DNA of 64,000 nt, taken from IMG/VR virus record IMGVR_UViG_3300015360_000026; one strand, given 5' to 3'. Below, piece by piece: positions 62,936-64,000 of the stretch. Source of the DNA: an uncultured virus (IMG/VR IMGVR_UViG_3300015360_000026) (Duplodnaviria; Heunggongvirae; Uroviricota; Caudoviricetes). The position numbers and the translations under genes are program-made. The notes under the pieces were generated by a model. The model searched no databases, was not told where the DNA came from, and saw nothing but the letters and a program-made list of their open reading frames with translations. Every line of letters begins with the position of its first letter. Position 1 is the stretch's first letter.

Positions 62936-63846
62936 CAGCGGTTCCTCTGCCCGCGACGCCGCACCGGCTGTGTGGCCGGGCGGGCGGGTGGGTGGTAGAG
63001 CGACGTTCCGGAGAACGGCTCGATCTCGATAACCTTACGTTCCTTAGCCACAGGTGGCCGGGCGACGCGGACCGGCGGGTGGGCCATGCCCGGCCGTGGC
63101 GGCGGGGCATTAGCCGCCATGTCCCGGAACTCCTCGAACAGGTAGTGCGTCAGCCGGGCGTCGAACTCAGCCCGGTGGGCGTCCGTCATGTCGAGGTTGT
63201 ACTTCTCTTTGAGCTTGTACTTTTCAACGCAGTGCCGAGTCAGGTTGGAGTGCACACCCGCCCCGCCCAACCGGCCGAGACGCTTGAAGTAGTCCTTCAT
63301 GGTCTCACCGACAATCGGCAACGCCTTGGCCTGGTCGTAGATCTGGTTGCCCTTCTCGATCGCCGCCGTGTCGAACACGCGGTCGTCGGGCAGGACGAAC
63401 TCCCGCTTGTAGAACCCGGCCATGTTGTACGCGATCATCTCCTCGTCGAACGCGATGTTATGCCCGACGAAATAGAACCCGCTGTCGATGAGGCCCTGGA
63501 GGATCTCGTAGTACAGGTCAAACGCCCGGTCGGGCTCGACACCCTCGTCGGCCATCCGCTCGTAGCTGGTGGTGTAGTGCTGGCCGGTCTTGGCCATGCT
63601 CTCCCGGACGTAGTCGAGCCGCTCGCGGAGCCAATGGTCAGGCACCACCTTGTGGTTCCGCCAGTCGACCACGACGTTGTACCGGCTCGTGATCTTGCAG
63701 TCCTCGACGATGACGTGACCGAACTCGGTGATGACGTCAACACCCTTCTTGAACCCCGTCGTCTCGGTGTCGAAACAACAGTACGTGCGAGGCAACTTGC
63801 CGCCGTACTGGTCCGTGAACCATTTGGGCCACATCGGAACGATCAC
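62935..63846 (-). CDS. DEDDh 3'-5' exonuclease (DnaQ-like)
   Basis: FDTETTG, VGHNIAFD, FDT, AHRAEFDA. Confidence 0.92.
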   Translation of the reverse strand: MIVPMWPKWFTDQYGGKLPRTYCCFDTETTGFKKGVDVITEFGHVIVEDCKITSRYNVVVDWRNHKVVPDHWLRERLDYVRESMAKTGQHYTTSYERMADEGVEPDRAFDLYYEILQGLIDSGFYFVGHNIAFDEEMIAYNMAGFYKREFVLPDDRVFDTAAIEKGNQIYDQAKALPIVGETMKDYFKRLGRLGGAGVHSNLTRHCVEKYKLKEKYNLDMTDAHRAEFDARLTHYLFEEFRDMAANAPPPRPGMAHPPVRVARPPVAKERKVIEIEPFSGTSLYHPPARPATQPVRRRGQRNR

Positions 63847-64000
63847 GCCGACTCCTTTACCGGCCTCGGAGGGCCTTCCAGGTTGCTTCGAGACGAAGTG
63901 TGAACCGAACCCAGCGTCGCTTCCACGGCCCCATGGACAGCAACGCCTGGGCGTGGCTGCCGAAGGCCCGGAGGTCCTGGAAGGTCTGGCACGGCCCCTG

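Noticed and set aside
1..64000. Alternative genetic code
   Set aside because: Recognisable genes are intact under the standard code and end in TAA, TAG and TGA with normal overlaps

Overview
GC-rich, densely coding window with almost every gene on the minus strand; csrA is the only convincing plus-strand CDS. The content fits a segment of a giant/jumbo tailed-phage genome: a probable portal, tail/virion proteins, a tubulin/FtsZ-family protein, GroES, two tRNAs, endonuclease VII, HNH nucleases, a DEDDh exonuclease, a DNA methyltransferase and many small overlapping ORFans. Several genes resemble Planctomycetota (Gemmataceae-like) families, which suggests that host. Four things stand out. (1) A possible RNA-level control module at 0.6-4.3 kb: Nudix-kinase-HAD fusion, CsrA, 2H phosphoesterase, a promoter-driven ~220-nt multibranch RNA, an ANGGA hairpin over a Shine-Dalgarno site and an RMF-like peptide; two more structured RNAs lie near the tRNAs. 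(2) About 11 glycosyltransferases plus sulfo-, methyl- and nucleotidyltransferases, UDP-glucose dehydrogenase and a radical SAM enzyme, interleaved with structural genes. (3) Large low-complexity proteins built from repeated leader modules ending in K-x-A, suggesting protease-processed virion polyproteins. (4) Tad1-like and Acb1-like anti-defence candidates. All calls come from motif recognition by eye; no searches were run, and refined starts are based on SD or overlap evidence.
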